Assembly: GCA_013239625.1 (NCBI GenBank)
Contig: MU053539.1
Location: 1 to 48,253, forward strand
Origin: Lama guanicoe
Taxonomy: Eukaryota
Reading direction: 5' to 3'
Length of the DNA: 48,253 bases
The notes under the pieces were generated by a model, which searched no databases, was not told where the DNA came from, and worked only from the letters and a program-made list of their open reading frames with translations. Below are positions 11,377 to 22,995 of the stretch, piece by piece (position 1 is the first letter of the stretch; each line of letters starts with the position of its first letter). Position numbers and translations under genes: made by a program.

Positions 11377-11657
11377 TCAATGCCCCCGAGTCTCCTTTTT
11401 TACCACACAGCCAGGCAGGTGAAGGGGAGGGAACGGGCCTCGGTCCTGGGGGAAGAAGGAGGCTGGAGTTCCGTTGTCTTGGTTACCGCTCTGCTGAGCA
11501 TCCTCCCTGGTCGCTGAGCTCACGCAGGGGGCCGTGTGTGTGGACGGGGGCGAGGGGGAACAAGCCTCTCCCCGCGCTACAAGTATTTCTGCAACCAGGT
11601 ACTGGAGCTGACGGCTGAGATCAGTTACCAGGGAAACAGAAGCCTGGGCCCTGGGAT
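11377..11657 (-). other. Candidate terminal exon with an open frame of 92 codons to TGA (unidentified product)
   Basis: Acceptor ttttccattcttctcAG|at. The phase-1 frame reads (D)PRAQASVSLVTDLSRQLQYLVAEILVARGEACSPSPP...KKETRGH*. Confidence 0.3.
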
Positions 11658-11944
11658 CTGAGAAGAATGGAAAATCACCTCAGTACGATGTGAGACGCAG
11701 GGTGGATTACAGGAGGCTGTCCGGAGCCACTGAATTGTGCTCGCACAGAGGGCACCTGTGCGTGAAGACACACAGACACACAATTCTGTTCTACGTGCAC
11801 AGTGACCCCGTCTGGCGGGAGCATCTTGGACACATAGAGGACGCAGGACCCCAGGACATGGAAATAGAGGGGCGGGGTGGGTCCTTATGTTACAACAGCA
11901 ACAGCATCTCCTCCCCTGCATGACTTACCAGGACGTTTGCATTA

Positions 11945-13210
11945 TCTTTTCTAAACTGCTTCACTGAGGTATAATTTATACACCAGAAGATTCGCCCATA
12001 TAATGGGGCCAATGCAGTGACTTTTAGTCAATTTACACAGCTGTGCAACTGTCACCACAATCCAGTTCTGGAACGCTGCCAGCACCCCAGTAAGGTTCCT
12101 TGTTCCCACCGGCTGTCAATCCCCATTAGCACCCACAGGCCCAGGCGTCCTCTAATCTCATGTCTGTGTCTGTAGATCTGCCCTTTCTGGGCATTTCATA
12201 TAAACTGACTCAGGTACTAAGGGGGCCTTCTGCCTGGGTCCTGTTACACATCAGACTGCTTCCGTGGCTCGCCCATGTCTTAGCAGAAATCAGAAGTCCG
12301 TCCCGTTCCATCCATCACTGGCATTCTGCCGTATGAGTATTGCACCCCCTGTTTATCCGTCACCAGCTGACGGACTTTTAGACCGTTCCCACTTTTCTGA
12401 GATTACGAATAATGCTGCCGTGAACACCAAAGTACGGGTACTTGCGTGGACACAGGTTTCATTTCCAGTGTCTCCATATTTCATTTCTTGCCCTGCATGA
12501 CGCACAGCCTAGGACCTTCAGTCCGTGCTGGACACCCGTGGCTGGAGCAGGCATCCCTGTCTTGGTCTGGAGCCCCAGGGGACAGCCTTCATTCTCACCC
12601 TCTGAAATATGACGTGACGGGAGCTGGATATTTCCCGGGAGTGACCTTCATCAGAATGAGGCTGCTCCCTCCTATCTCGAGTTGGCTGAGCATCTTTATC
12701 ATCAGCAGCTCTTGAATTTTGTCCAATGCTTCTTCGTTGTCTTTCTAGATGACAGGTGGTTTCCGTCCTTTCTTACATCAAGGTGGTGGTTACCTTAACG
12801 GAAGTTGAACATTAAACCAATATTGCAATCCTGGGATAGAGCTCGACTGATTATATTGCATAGCCCTTTGTGAATGTTGCTGGATTTGGTTTGCTAACCT
12901 TTCGTTGAGGATTTATGTCTCGCTATCCATGACCAATACTGGTCTGTTCTTTCTTTGTGATGTCACTTCTGGTATTGGCAGCAGGGTAACGTTGTTCTAG
13001 GACGAGTTAGGAAACGGTCCCTCCTCTAGTCTGGAAGAGTCTGTGGAGGAAGCGTATTGTTTCTTCCTTAACCATTTGACAGAGCTCACCGACGAAGCCA
13101 GGGCTTCCTTTTGTGGGGAGGTTTTGAGTTGAATGATTGGATCTCTTTTCTTGCTACAGGTACATTCAGATTTGCTATTTGGCCCTTGTACTTTACGCTG
13201 ACTCCATACC
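11945..13210 (-). mobile_element. Old L1 fragments (3'UTR 11945-12470; ORF2 ~12640-13210)
   Basis: gcttcactgaggtataatttatacacc... and gctggatttggtttgctaacctttcgttgaggattt...gcagggtaacgttg are antisense L1 motifs. Confidence 0.8.
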
Positions 13211-14019
13211 AATATTTCTTGTCTCTCGGTGCCTGTGGCTCGGTCTCTGGCCTAGAATTTGACACGGGGCACGTCTCTGGACCTCACTGGATTCCGGCTC
13301 CTACTCTGTAAATTGGGACAGCGTGCTGCCTCAGACGTGACCCTCAGATCTCCTACACCTCACACACGGGCATGGGGACAAAGACCTTGAGGTGCGGATG
13401 GGGTGGTACCGCTGAGTCCCTCAGACACCTGCCCACGCATTCTCCCTGCGCCCTCCTGTAGGCCGTGGGGAATCCTGCAGTTAGGACCGGCCTCCGCAAA
13501 TAACCCCCCTACCCTGGTGTTGTCCACTTCCTCCCACCCTGATCCTCTCACTCGTCTCGTCTGCTGGCAACCCAGCCTCACAGGGGCTCGATGACATGCT
13601 CTCCACCACATCTACGGGTGTCACATCTCTCTCTGATTAAAGACTCGACTCCCGAGGGCAGGGACTGGTTCTGCAACTCCTCCTCACGTTCCCACCTCAA
13701 CGGCCAGCCTAGCACAGAGTAGGGGTTGTCAAGGATACAGTGGAACCTTCACGACTGGCTGAAGGGTTAGCTGTGGTTGGCAGGATTGCCCCGGGTTGGC
13801 TGTAGCAGGGAGCCCACCACGTCACCAACCGGGAGAACCCGTGCCAGGCGGGGAGGGTCATCCCCGCCCCAGTGCACTGTGGGCAGGGCTGATGATGTAC
13901 CTCACCCAGACTTGGTGCCACCAGCTCTGAACACACAGCGATGTCACCGGCTCGTTGCATGTCACCCCAGCCGGTACGGAGGTTACAGTTGGTGACGGCT
14001 AACGCTGTGGGCTCTGACA

Positions 14020-14812
14020 AATCGGTCTGCACTTATGCGGTCAACTGATCTACAACAAAGGAGCCGAGAATACACAGTAGGGAAAAGACAGTCTCTTCAA
14101 ACAATGGTGCAGAGATAACTCTGAAAACAGTATGGGGTTTCCTCAAAAACTTAAAACTAGAACTATCACATGAAGCAGCAGTTCCAGTCCTGGGCTTTTG
14201 TCTGAAGGAAAGCAGCACACAAATCAGGAAAGATGCATGCCCCCCAATGTTCACTGCAGCGTTATTTACCATAACCAAGGTACAGAAGCAACCTAGGTCC
14301 CCATCGACAGATGAATGCATAAAGGAGTGGTGTAGACATACAACGGAACACTACTCAGCCTTAGAGAAGAATGAAATCTCGCCGTTTGCGACAAGATTGA
14401 GGGACCAAGAGGGCGTTACGCTAATTGGAAAAAATCAAAGACAAATGCAGTATGATTTCACTTATACGCGGAACCTAGAAAGAAAAGAAGCGGACACAGA
14501 AACAGACCCAGAGATACAGCAAGCAGCCTGGTCGTCGGCAGAGGGGAAGAGGGTGGGAGGAGGAGAGAAATAAATAGGGGAAAGGGATTAAGAGGTACAA
14601 ACTTCCAGTTGTACGACAAACAAGCCCCGGGGGTGTAACGTACACACACGGAAAATAGTCAATAATACTGCAAGAAGTCTGCATGGTGACAAGATGGTAA
14701 CCGAACTTATCGTGGTATTCATTTCCTAACGTATAAACATATCACATCACTTTGTTGTGCAACTGAAACGAATATACTATCGTAGGTCAATTTTAATTAA
14801 AAAAAAAAAAAG
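14020..14812 (+). mobile_element. 5'-truncated L1 3' end with poly(A), inserted into a MIR
   Basis: aaagacagtctcttcaaacaatggtgc, cccccaatgttcactgcagcgttatttaccataacc and an A-tail at ~14800. Flanks tgtgggctctga/tgtaggctctga are TSD-like, and MIR sequence continues at ~14815-15020. Confidence 0.88.
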
Positions 14813-15469
14813 AAAGCGTGTAGGCTCTGAGTCCAGGATGCCTAGGTCGTGTGTCACTCCTCCACTCATGGCCCGTGTGACCTTGAGCAAGTCTCCTTAC
14901 ATCTCTGTTCTCTGCTTTCCCACGTCATCAGGTGGGATTGAAATCTTGCTAAGTGATGGGCCGGCAGGAGGGGATTAAAGAAGGTGATATGTACAAATGA
15001 CAGAATATTGCCTGATACCTACTATGATCAGGACCAATGAAAGGGAAATGCCACGTTACCCCTGCTAAACACACCCCAAATGACCATCTGAATTCAGGCC
15101 TTGGAGGTTCTGGAAGAAAAGCCCTACTTGCCTTACCTCCTCCCCTCGAGCTGGGAGGAAAGCCTGGCCGGTCACTTGAGCTCCCAAGCTCTCTGATGAG
15201 ATCACAAGTTCAGAGTCCAATACAGGTACCTGTCTTCAGCCACTTCAGTCAGGGAAAGTCTCCTAGGTTTCAGCAGTAATACAGCTCTGGGGATACCTAG
15301 AAGCACAGTGACAGAGAGTAGAACTTATTTTCAGGTCAGAAGAACTGCGTGGGCACTTGCCAGGTACACATCCTTGGCCTCTGAGTGTGGGAAGCAAGTC
15401 GATTTCATTATTCCTGCCTCCTGACATGACGGGGCACATGTCTAACTCCCAAGACGACCCTTGAATAAC

Positions 15470-15765
15470 TCAGTGACGAGCTCTCTGGTTCTCACACAGC
15501 AGGCAGGAAACGGCTACGCACACGCTCTGACTCAGGGTCGCCAGGCGCCGAGGACAGTCCCGTGGAGCCCCTAAGCCACGGCCCCCAGCAGCTCCTGCAG
15601 GACCACCTGCTGTGGACAGCGGGGGCCCTGCTTCCAAGACTCCGCGGGCCGGAGGACTCCCTCCGTCCTCTCCATCTGGATGATGTGAAGGCTGGTCCTG
15701 CTGCAGGGCCACAAACTGACTGCTGGATTGTGTTCTCTGGAGCCCCCTGCCCTCCCGTTCCATAT
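15470..15765 (-). other. Candidate exon (unidentified)
   Basis: Acceptor ctctcactgtgcAG|atatg. The phase-1 frame (D)MEREGRGLQRTQSSSQFVALQQDQPSHH... is open to 15470. No clear donor. Confidence 0.25.
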
Positions 15766-16424
15766 CTGCACAGTGAGAGCACCTCATGATTAACTCAGAC
15801 CTGCTGCTCTGGGATTTACAGGTACCGATCTCAGAGCTGACAGAGAACAAAACAATCTGGATGAACAAACCTGAATTCTGAAGCTAGTTTCCTTCTATAC
15901 GTATATTTACTTGCTGTGGATAATGATGCAACCCGTCAGAACTTCTTTCAAGGGGCAATACTCAATGTTTGGGAGCAGGAGAGCATTTACCTACACGTAG
16001 CTCATCAGGTCACAGTAGCCGACACAAAAAATACAATACAGTCGTGATTCCCAGAGTTCCAGGTCTGCATTCACTTCTCCACACTGAGTGTGGCCTCAGA
16101 TCCTCAAAGCAGGGCCTCAGTCTAGCACGCATGCATTCCACCAGACCCGGTGCTCTTCCCGGGGGCAGCCAGCCAATAACATGGCACGGAAGCACATGGA
16201 CACCAACAAGGCATTCACGCTACAGAGACACCGCATATCTCACCAATAACAAGGTAGGGAGAAGAGACAGACATCAGGGTGTGAGAGTAACCACATGCAT
16301 CACGGGAGCCGTTACACAGGAGTTAAGGACAGCCACCCACCGTCTCCCCGGCCATGGAACGCCCAGGAACGATGCAGAGATTCCAGGCAGGAAAGACTAG
16401 GAGAGAAGTCCCGATGTCCCTCAC

Positions 16425-16606
16425 CTCTGTTCTTGAAGGAACAGAAATTTAAGCAGAGGCTTTTCGGTGTCTGCTCACTGACAATACACGTTTTCCGTTG
16501 AGAAACAGCTGCTATAACAGCCGTGTGCTCTGCTAAGGGGGGCCAGGGGCTGTTGCACTGGTACGAGAAGCTTCTTCACAGTGTGGAGACAAAGGAAACC
16601 ACCCGC
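16425..16606 (-). other. Candidate internal exon (182 nt), no fully open frame
   Basis: Acceptor tttctgttgatccAG|g and strong donor CAGAG|GTGAGG. All three frames contain a stop. Confidence 0.35.
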
Positions 16607-17170
16607 CTGGATCAACAGAAATTGAAGCCGAGAGATGTGTTCTAGCCACTCATTTCCAATATTTTGTTTCCAACAAACATATTGGTGGCATCACAGCAGA
16701 TACGCTACTCTGTGCGAGCACCTCGCCCCATCGTCACTCACAGGATTTATCGGGTTCTGAGCGCCTGCGGGGCACCAGGCTCCAGGACCTGGGCTTTGGC
16801 AGACTTTGTGCACACAGGAATGTTCCCTGCAGGAAAACGGTCCTCAGAGAGCTCGCAGTCCAGTGGGCAGGGAGCCCTCCTGAAGACAGTGGTGACACAA
16901 GCGTCAGGAGAGTTGTGGCGGGCGTGAGCCAGGGGATGCTGGGACACAGAGCAGAGCCCGGAGCGCAGCTGGTCAGGAACAGCTTCGCCTGGGGCTGGAA
17001 TACTATCTAGTATTATTGTCCCCATTAGCAGATGAGATAACTGAGGATCAGAGAGGGTAAGCAAGTCACTCAAGGTGACACAGCTAGGTGGTGGTGGTGA
17101 CCATTTTTTGCATACGTCTGCTAAAACACAAAGTTCTCTGCACTATTCATTACACCAATCTCTCCCTCTT

Positions 17171-17513
17171 CTTCTTTTTTTTTTACATTTTTTTTATTGA
17201 TTCATAATCATTTTACAGTGTTGTGTCAAATTCCAGTGTTCAGCATGTTCAGCACAATTTTTCAGTCATTCATGGACATATACACACTCATTGTCACATT
17301 TTTTTCTCTGTGACTTATCATAACATTTTGTGTATATTTCCCTGTGCTATACAGTGTAATCTTGTTTATCTATTCTACAATTTTGAAATCCCAGTCTATC
17401 CCTTCCCACCCTCTACCCACCCCCCGGAACCACAAGTCTGTATTCTCTGTCCATGAGTCTATTTCTGTCCTGTATTTATGCTTTGTTTTTGTTTTTTAGA
17501 TTCCACATATGAA
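17171..17513 (-). mobile_element. Young camelid-type L1 3' end with 15-bp TSD
   Basis: Poly-T then acattttttttattgattcataatcattttacagtgttgtgtcaaattcc...tagattccacatatga. The TSD caatctctccctctt is present on both sides. Confidence 0.9.
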
Positions 17514-17544
17514 CAATCTCTCCCTCTTAATGTTGTCACACTTT

Positions 17545-17690
17545 AAAAAGAATTGTTTCATCTATTGTCCGGGGGGGGGGGAAGTATTTAAGTTTGCATA
17601 TTTGGTTTCCGAGGGGATACTGTGGATTGAACCCAGGACCTTGAATATGCTAAGCAGGCGCTCTAGCTCTTGAGCTACTCCCTCCCTCCT
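17545..17690 (-). mobile_element. tRNA-derived SINE (camelid vic-1-like)
   Basis: gattgaacccaggaccttgaatatgctaagcaggcgctctagctcttgagctactccctccc contains antisense B and A boxes. Flanked by the direct repeat tgttgtcac. Confidence 0.85.
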
Positions 17691-19896
17691 TGTTGTCACC
17701 CCTTTTTATCTGCATTCATCACCTCATACATGACCTTGGCTTGCCTTCCTCCTTAAATTCATAAATAATCTGCTGACCAAAGTATAGATTACCTTTTAGC
17801 ACATCAGACCTCTCCGCTGTATAAACAGAGCTCTTCCTTGCCATGCACATGGGCCCTGCCCAAACTGAACATTTACCTTGAGTTAGTATTGCACCCACGT
17901 GCTGGGTACACGAAATGGATCTCTGCAGTCTCCAGTTTTACTTATGTGTTTCACGCAATCTCAAGTACAGTTTTAAGTGCAGCCAATATCCAACTAAAAA
18001 CAGTAGAACCGTTGCTTCCCTAAAACAACCATTCATAAAACATGTCACTGAGTGACAAGGCCTTCTAGGTAGGAGACACGGCCCCTTTGGTAGGGAGTTG
18101 TTGACGCCGTGCTCCTTAAATTGTGGAAACCCTTTCTTTTAATCCTCTTTCTCTATTGCTGGTGCCCTAAGAGACTCAGGCAAGCAAAGCCCTTCCTTCT
18201 CTATTTTTGAAAAAAAAAAAAGATTAGCAACACATCCACCCCCAAAATACATATCTAATACATCCAATAGGGGTATGTCCATGTAAGCAAGTCTTATTGG
18301 AAATGCAAATGGAAACCCCTAACTAACTAATCATGAACCCAAATGTCTGATCACAGCCGATGTCTGCTTTCTAGGGCCGGCTGTACTCCTGCAAACTGGA
18401 CAAGCAAACATGCCTGCCTTTTCTAATTATTCTTCACTGCTGCTGTCCGGCTACGTGATACAAGTTGTCAAAATAACTGCACACCAGAGCAGGAACCGCG
18501 GAGCCTCTTACAAGCAAGTCTATTCCTACGACACAGCAAGACCTCTCCCTCACACGTTCTCTAGAAAGAATTTCTCGTGCAATTTCAATACAGGAAACAG
18601 TTTTCCTTGAAAACACTTCAATTACGTCGTCTAAAGTCCTGAGGTGGGAGATGAGGTGGGGAGGGAGGGGGTGCCAAGGAAACAGGCTATTTTTGAACCC
18701 GCTGAACACTGATTCTAGTCCAGTTATCTTGGGGGTCGACCAAGGTCCACAGGAAGTTTCAATATCATCACTCTCGGCTTAAAAATGGGAACCCCTAACC
18801 GAGAGATACACTGTACACAGACTGTCAGAGAACAATTCTGATGCTGAAGAGAATAACAGCGGCTCTCAGCTAGAGTGCAGCACGGATCCCCCCTGACCGG
18901 AGGATTTTGGTCCTGTGACACTAAGGCACACTTGCCCCGTCCTAGGGAGACCTCTCTCTCTCAGTGTGTGCATTGGTGTCTCTCTGTCCCTGGAACGTTC
19001 TTTCTCAGGTTCAGGTTCCTGACATCCCTCCGCCAGTTCACGGCCTCCCATCCTTAGCCTAGGCAGTAAAGTGTAGTTTCCGGGAATAGAAGGGCTAAGA
19101 CCACTGAGAGGAGTGTCCTCCGGGGTCCTAGAGAGGTTACCCCCCCCCTCACCCCCACCCCGCCATCCCCTCCAGGCCTCAGGGTAGGAGGAGCCTGCGG
19201 GCCTGCACCCCTTGTCACAGGAATAGACACCTCCTGCAGAGGCAGGTTCTTCTCTGGCAGCCCCTGGGCTGCAGTGGACAGCAAGGAAGCCTGGAGGGGC
19301 CTGACGGGGAGTGGCTTACTCCCCAGGGGCAGGGGTAGCTGGGTTGCAGGTGTTGGGTTGGAATCCTCTCCAAGAAGCCTTCCCCTCAAGGCCTTGCTCC
19401 AGGGCGCGGCTCCCAGAACCTCAGGACTGGAAGACAGGATCCCTTCTGGAGTCACAGGGAGTTTCCGGGTGGCCGAAGTGACCGTCAAAGAAGGTGCACA
19501 TGGGCGCGGGGTACAGGGATGGAAAAGAGAGGCTCCTCCCTGCCTGCCTGGCCATTTGCGTGTTACTGCCTGCCCACGTGAGCAGCAGGTACTTTACTGG
19601 ACTTTTTCCTGACAGTCATTTTGCACATCACACTCGGAAAGACAAAAGACAAAAAACAAACCAATAAAGAGGCTGACTATAGTTCCTGGTGCAATCCAGA
19701 GAGCACCCCAGATCTGAACAGCGGACGGTGGCAGCGGGGCGGTTTTGCCTTGTACTGCACCGGGAGCAGCAGACAAGGTACCCCGGGGGCATCTGTAGGT
19801 GGGGACGCGTCAGGGGAAGTCTCACTCAGCTGAACAGGACACGTTTATCTTTGTGTCTGGCTAGTCTCAGGAGGACTGACTTTTCCTGTCACTTAC

Positions 19897-20165
19897 CGTT
19901 CATGAGACAAAAAACAGGGAGCTGCAGGGTCTGTGTCCAACCTTTCAGGAAAAGGAGAAAGTCCTTGCCCCACAGCTGGTAAGCTCAGGAGTCACCCGCC
20001 TGACTGTTGGGAAGCCTTATCTAAATCATGAGGAGAAGGGTGGTCCTTCGCGGTCAGCCATTTCGGGAACACATCAACAGACGTTTCTTTACTGTGGCTT
20101 TTTCAGGGCTCGGGTGAAGTTCAACCTCGTTAGCGTTGTAAAAATGAGCCAGGCATCATTCACGC
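19897..20165 (-). other. Candidate internal exon, stop-interrupted
   Basis: Consensus donor AACG|GTAAGT at 19897/19896 and a weak acceptor cctgcttggacAG at 20166. Confidence 0.25.
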
Positions 20166-20249
20166 CTGTCCAAGCAGGGGAGTCTATGAGCAGAGATTCC
20201 CTTTTGGACCTAGATGACTATGCGGAGCTGGCTGGAGCTCTCTACAGTC

Positions 20250-20774
20250 ACACTGAAGACCATAAAACACCCTCACTCCTGGGCTCTCTGAATGCCTGGA
20301 GCTGACTGGCATCCTTAACCCCCACTCCCCACTTCAGGACCCTCTGCGTACCTGCACTTGCATAAGATAAAAACATCTTCCTTGATGCGTGTTTGCCCTG
20401 ACAAAACTAACGGCTGCCAGGAAATGGCTCATCTCCCAGTACCCTAGCTGGACAGGCCTCACTGCAGAGGCCTAAATCCCGTTATTCAGATTTGCCCATG
20501 GCAAGTCTCACCTCACTGACAACCAGTCGGGTACCTGTGCACGAACTGATCGTACAGCCCTCTACCCCTTGTGTTCACAGCCCCTTGCCCCCAATAAAAG
20601 ATCCTGCACGTTCACCCTGGGCGCTCCCCAAGGCACCTCTCATCTGTGTGGCGCACTGTTGTTACAGCAGTGAATCTATTAAACTTTCCTTGTCTTGGAA
20701 ACTTTTCTTTGTCTTTGGTGAATTCTTTTGCCACCTGCCACACTGGCCCGCCTTTCCCCCCCAACCTGTTGACA
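20250..20774 (+). mobile_element. Solo LTR (ERV1-like); 5' edge approximate
   Basis: TATA-like ccaataaaag (~20591), ATTAAA (~20678), U5-like gtctttggtgaattcttttgccacc and a terminus gttgaCA. Confidence 0.7.
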
Positions 20775-20867
20775 CTTGAGCAGCCCTTTCTAGGTATAAA
20801 AAGGCAGTATTTTCATGATCTAAATGAAGGAGGCAAAAATGAGTCATTCACCCAGAATAGGATCATC

Positions 20868-20990
20868 ATTCGCATCTTACACTTGAGGAAACTGAGCTGC
20901 AGAGAGGTTAAGTAACCTGCCCAGAGTCACAGATGGAGTGAGCGGTGGGGCCTTGATTCAAATCTAGGAATCTGTGCCCTCATCCCCTCC
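20868..20990 (-). mobile_element. MIR SINE remnant
   Basis: gaggaaactgagctgcagagaggttaagtaacctgcccagagtcacag...gattcaaatctagg. Confidence 0.8.
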
Positions 20991-21619
20991 CTGCTAGGCA
21001 GCTACACTGATGGTTTCCAGAAACACATATCCACCCCAATCCCCTCCTGAAATACAGCCTTCCCCAGTCGCATGACAGGCCCGCAGGGAGACTGCACTCA
21101 TCAAGTGCTGGACAACCTCTGGGACACCAGAGATGACTTCACAAGGAAGAGAAGTGTTAGAAAACCTTGCTCCCCAGGGCCCGATGCCTACACCCTGCAG
21201 GGAGTGAGGGGCTACAGGAGCGAGCCTGGGGGGTCTGAAGGGGGCTGTTTCTCTGGTAGCCACGCTGATGGATTGCCATACCGCATGCGTGTGATAATAA
21301 GCACTTGCTATTTGAATTTACTTATGGTTCCTTTAGCGTTGGCGATACACGCAGCAAGGTGAAAAGACACAAAGCAGATACGTAAAAGCAGGCAGTCACG
21401 TGGAGAAGTGGAGAAGTCTGCTTTTGCCGAGGGAGTGCCTGACAGTTAAACGGCACTCTGCTGTGGGAAAGGAGAACATTCTCCTAGACTAAAGAAATGA
21501 AACAGAAAGTAGTCATTTTCCTTAACGATCGGTATCATTCCCCCATCACTGAGGAGGTGTTTTGGGCACAGAGAGGATAGGTCAGGTCCTCTAGGTCATT
21601 CAGGTAATATGCGGTTCAG

Positions 21620-22330
21620 TCCCACAGAAAGAAATTCTCACCATGTCCAAAGTAACTCATTCCCCCCAACTGCTCCCTCCCCTCATCTGCACCTCCTCTA
21701 CTGTTGTTGCCTAAGTCAGTGAAAGGCAGCCTTCTCCCCAGCTGCTTAGGCTAGAGATCCTTAAAGCCATCCTTGATCACTGCCTCTGTCTCACCAGCTG
21801 CTCAATCACGGAGCCCCTCCTTTCTGCCTCCTAGGTCTTCCTATGGAAGATCTTGACACTTCTCTCTGTCACAACAGTGAATGCCCTGGTCCAGCTGACC
21901 CTCCTCTCCCTCCTAGGGGAGCACCAGCAACCCGGATCCTTTGTCGCCCATTCTCTAGCCCACAGCGTGAGGAACCTGTCTTAAGCCCCAACCTGGGGAG
22001 GCCACCCCTGCTCAAAACTCGGTGGGGGCTGCCTGCTGCTCTTAGGAAGACTTGCAGCCTCCCAGACTGGGCACAGCAAGCCTTGCCTGTCCCCAGAGGC
22101 CTGATCTTCACCAGACTCCCTCCTTCTGCTCCAACTCCTACTTGATACTCCCGCCACCCAGAATCTCTGTGCTCATCATGTGGCCGGGGTGTTCACAGTC
22201 GCCCTCCCTCCCCCAGCCACCCCACGCCCAGCTGCAGATTTCACAACCTCGCACGTGGTCTTCCCTCCATCTGGCATGCCCTTCCTTCCTCCTCATCTGC
22301 GTGGTTCCTTCTTGGGTTCCACTGTCCGGT
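21620..22330 (+). mobile_element. L2 remnant
   Basis: ccatgtccaaagtaactcattcccccc...cagtgaaaggcagcc...cccagctgcttaggctaga...catccttga. Confidence 0.6.
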
Positions 22331-22489
22331 TAGGTAGAGAATGTCCGTTTTACCTGGGGAGGCCGTGGAGGAAAAGTCACAGTTAACAGATTTATACTCT
22401 TACCGAATGGAACGTGATGGAGATTTCATCATTCGTTTCCCAGATGGACACGCGTTCTACTCCGGTTCACAATGAGCTGGTTTGAAATG

Positions 22490-22790
22490 CAATCTGATGG
22501 CCGAGTGTTTCTGGGAAAGGCTTCCTTGCTAAGAACAGGCAGATACAGACAGCAAAGCTCTCCTCTCATTTTATGTGGGCCCACTGTTGCATCTGAATAT
22601 GGAGTTTGGAACTGGGCTGCAGTTTTTTTTAAAAAAAAAAAACTGCATAAAGGGATCCAGGGAGACCACCTGCTTCACAGTGAGGAGAGAATCAGCCCAA
22701 ATCTGGGGAAAAGTCTGTAACTTTATGGTGTCTGTGACCCTGTAAATGGAACAGGCCTTCAACTGCCCTACCCATGGGACTGTCATTATT
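22490..22790 (+). mobile_element. CR1/L3 3' remnant
   Basis: catctgaatatggagtttggaactgggctgcagtttt resembles L3 catctggagtattgtgttcagttctgggcaccacatttt. Confidence 0.45.
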
Positions 22791-22859
22791 CTCCACTATA
22801 GCTGATAGTCTGAGTATTCTGTTAGGACAATATATTAAATGCTTGTCCCTTTGCAAGGG

Positions 22860-22995
22860 TTTTTTGTTTTTCTGTTTTTGGACAGGGAGAGGTAATTAGG
22901 TTTATTTATTTTTAGAGGAGGCACTGGGGATTGAACTCAGGACCTCGTGCAACGCTAAGCACATGCTCTACCATTTGAGCTGTATCCTCCTCCCC
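22860..22995 (-). mobile_element. tRNA-derived SINE (camelid vic-1-like)
   Basis: ggtaattaggtttatttatttttagaggaggcactggggattgaactcaggacctcgtgc...ctctaccatttgagctgtatcctcctcccc, with TSD tgcaaggg. Confidence 0.9.

Noticed and set aside
11570..11657. Naming the candidate gene (faint resemblance of LQYLVAEILV to KRBA1-type repeats; FAM156, SPACA5 and KRAB-ZNF also considered)
   Set aside because: The similarity is too short to support, and no diagnostic motifs of those families were found.
17600..17690. tRNA genes at the SINE positions (also 22920-22995 and 28400-28473)
   Set aside because: The A/B boxes come with A-rich tails and TSD-like flanks, so these are tRNA-derived SINEs and not cloverleaf tRNAs.
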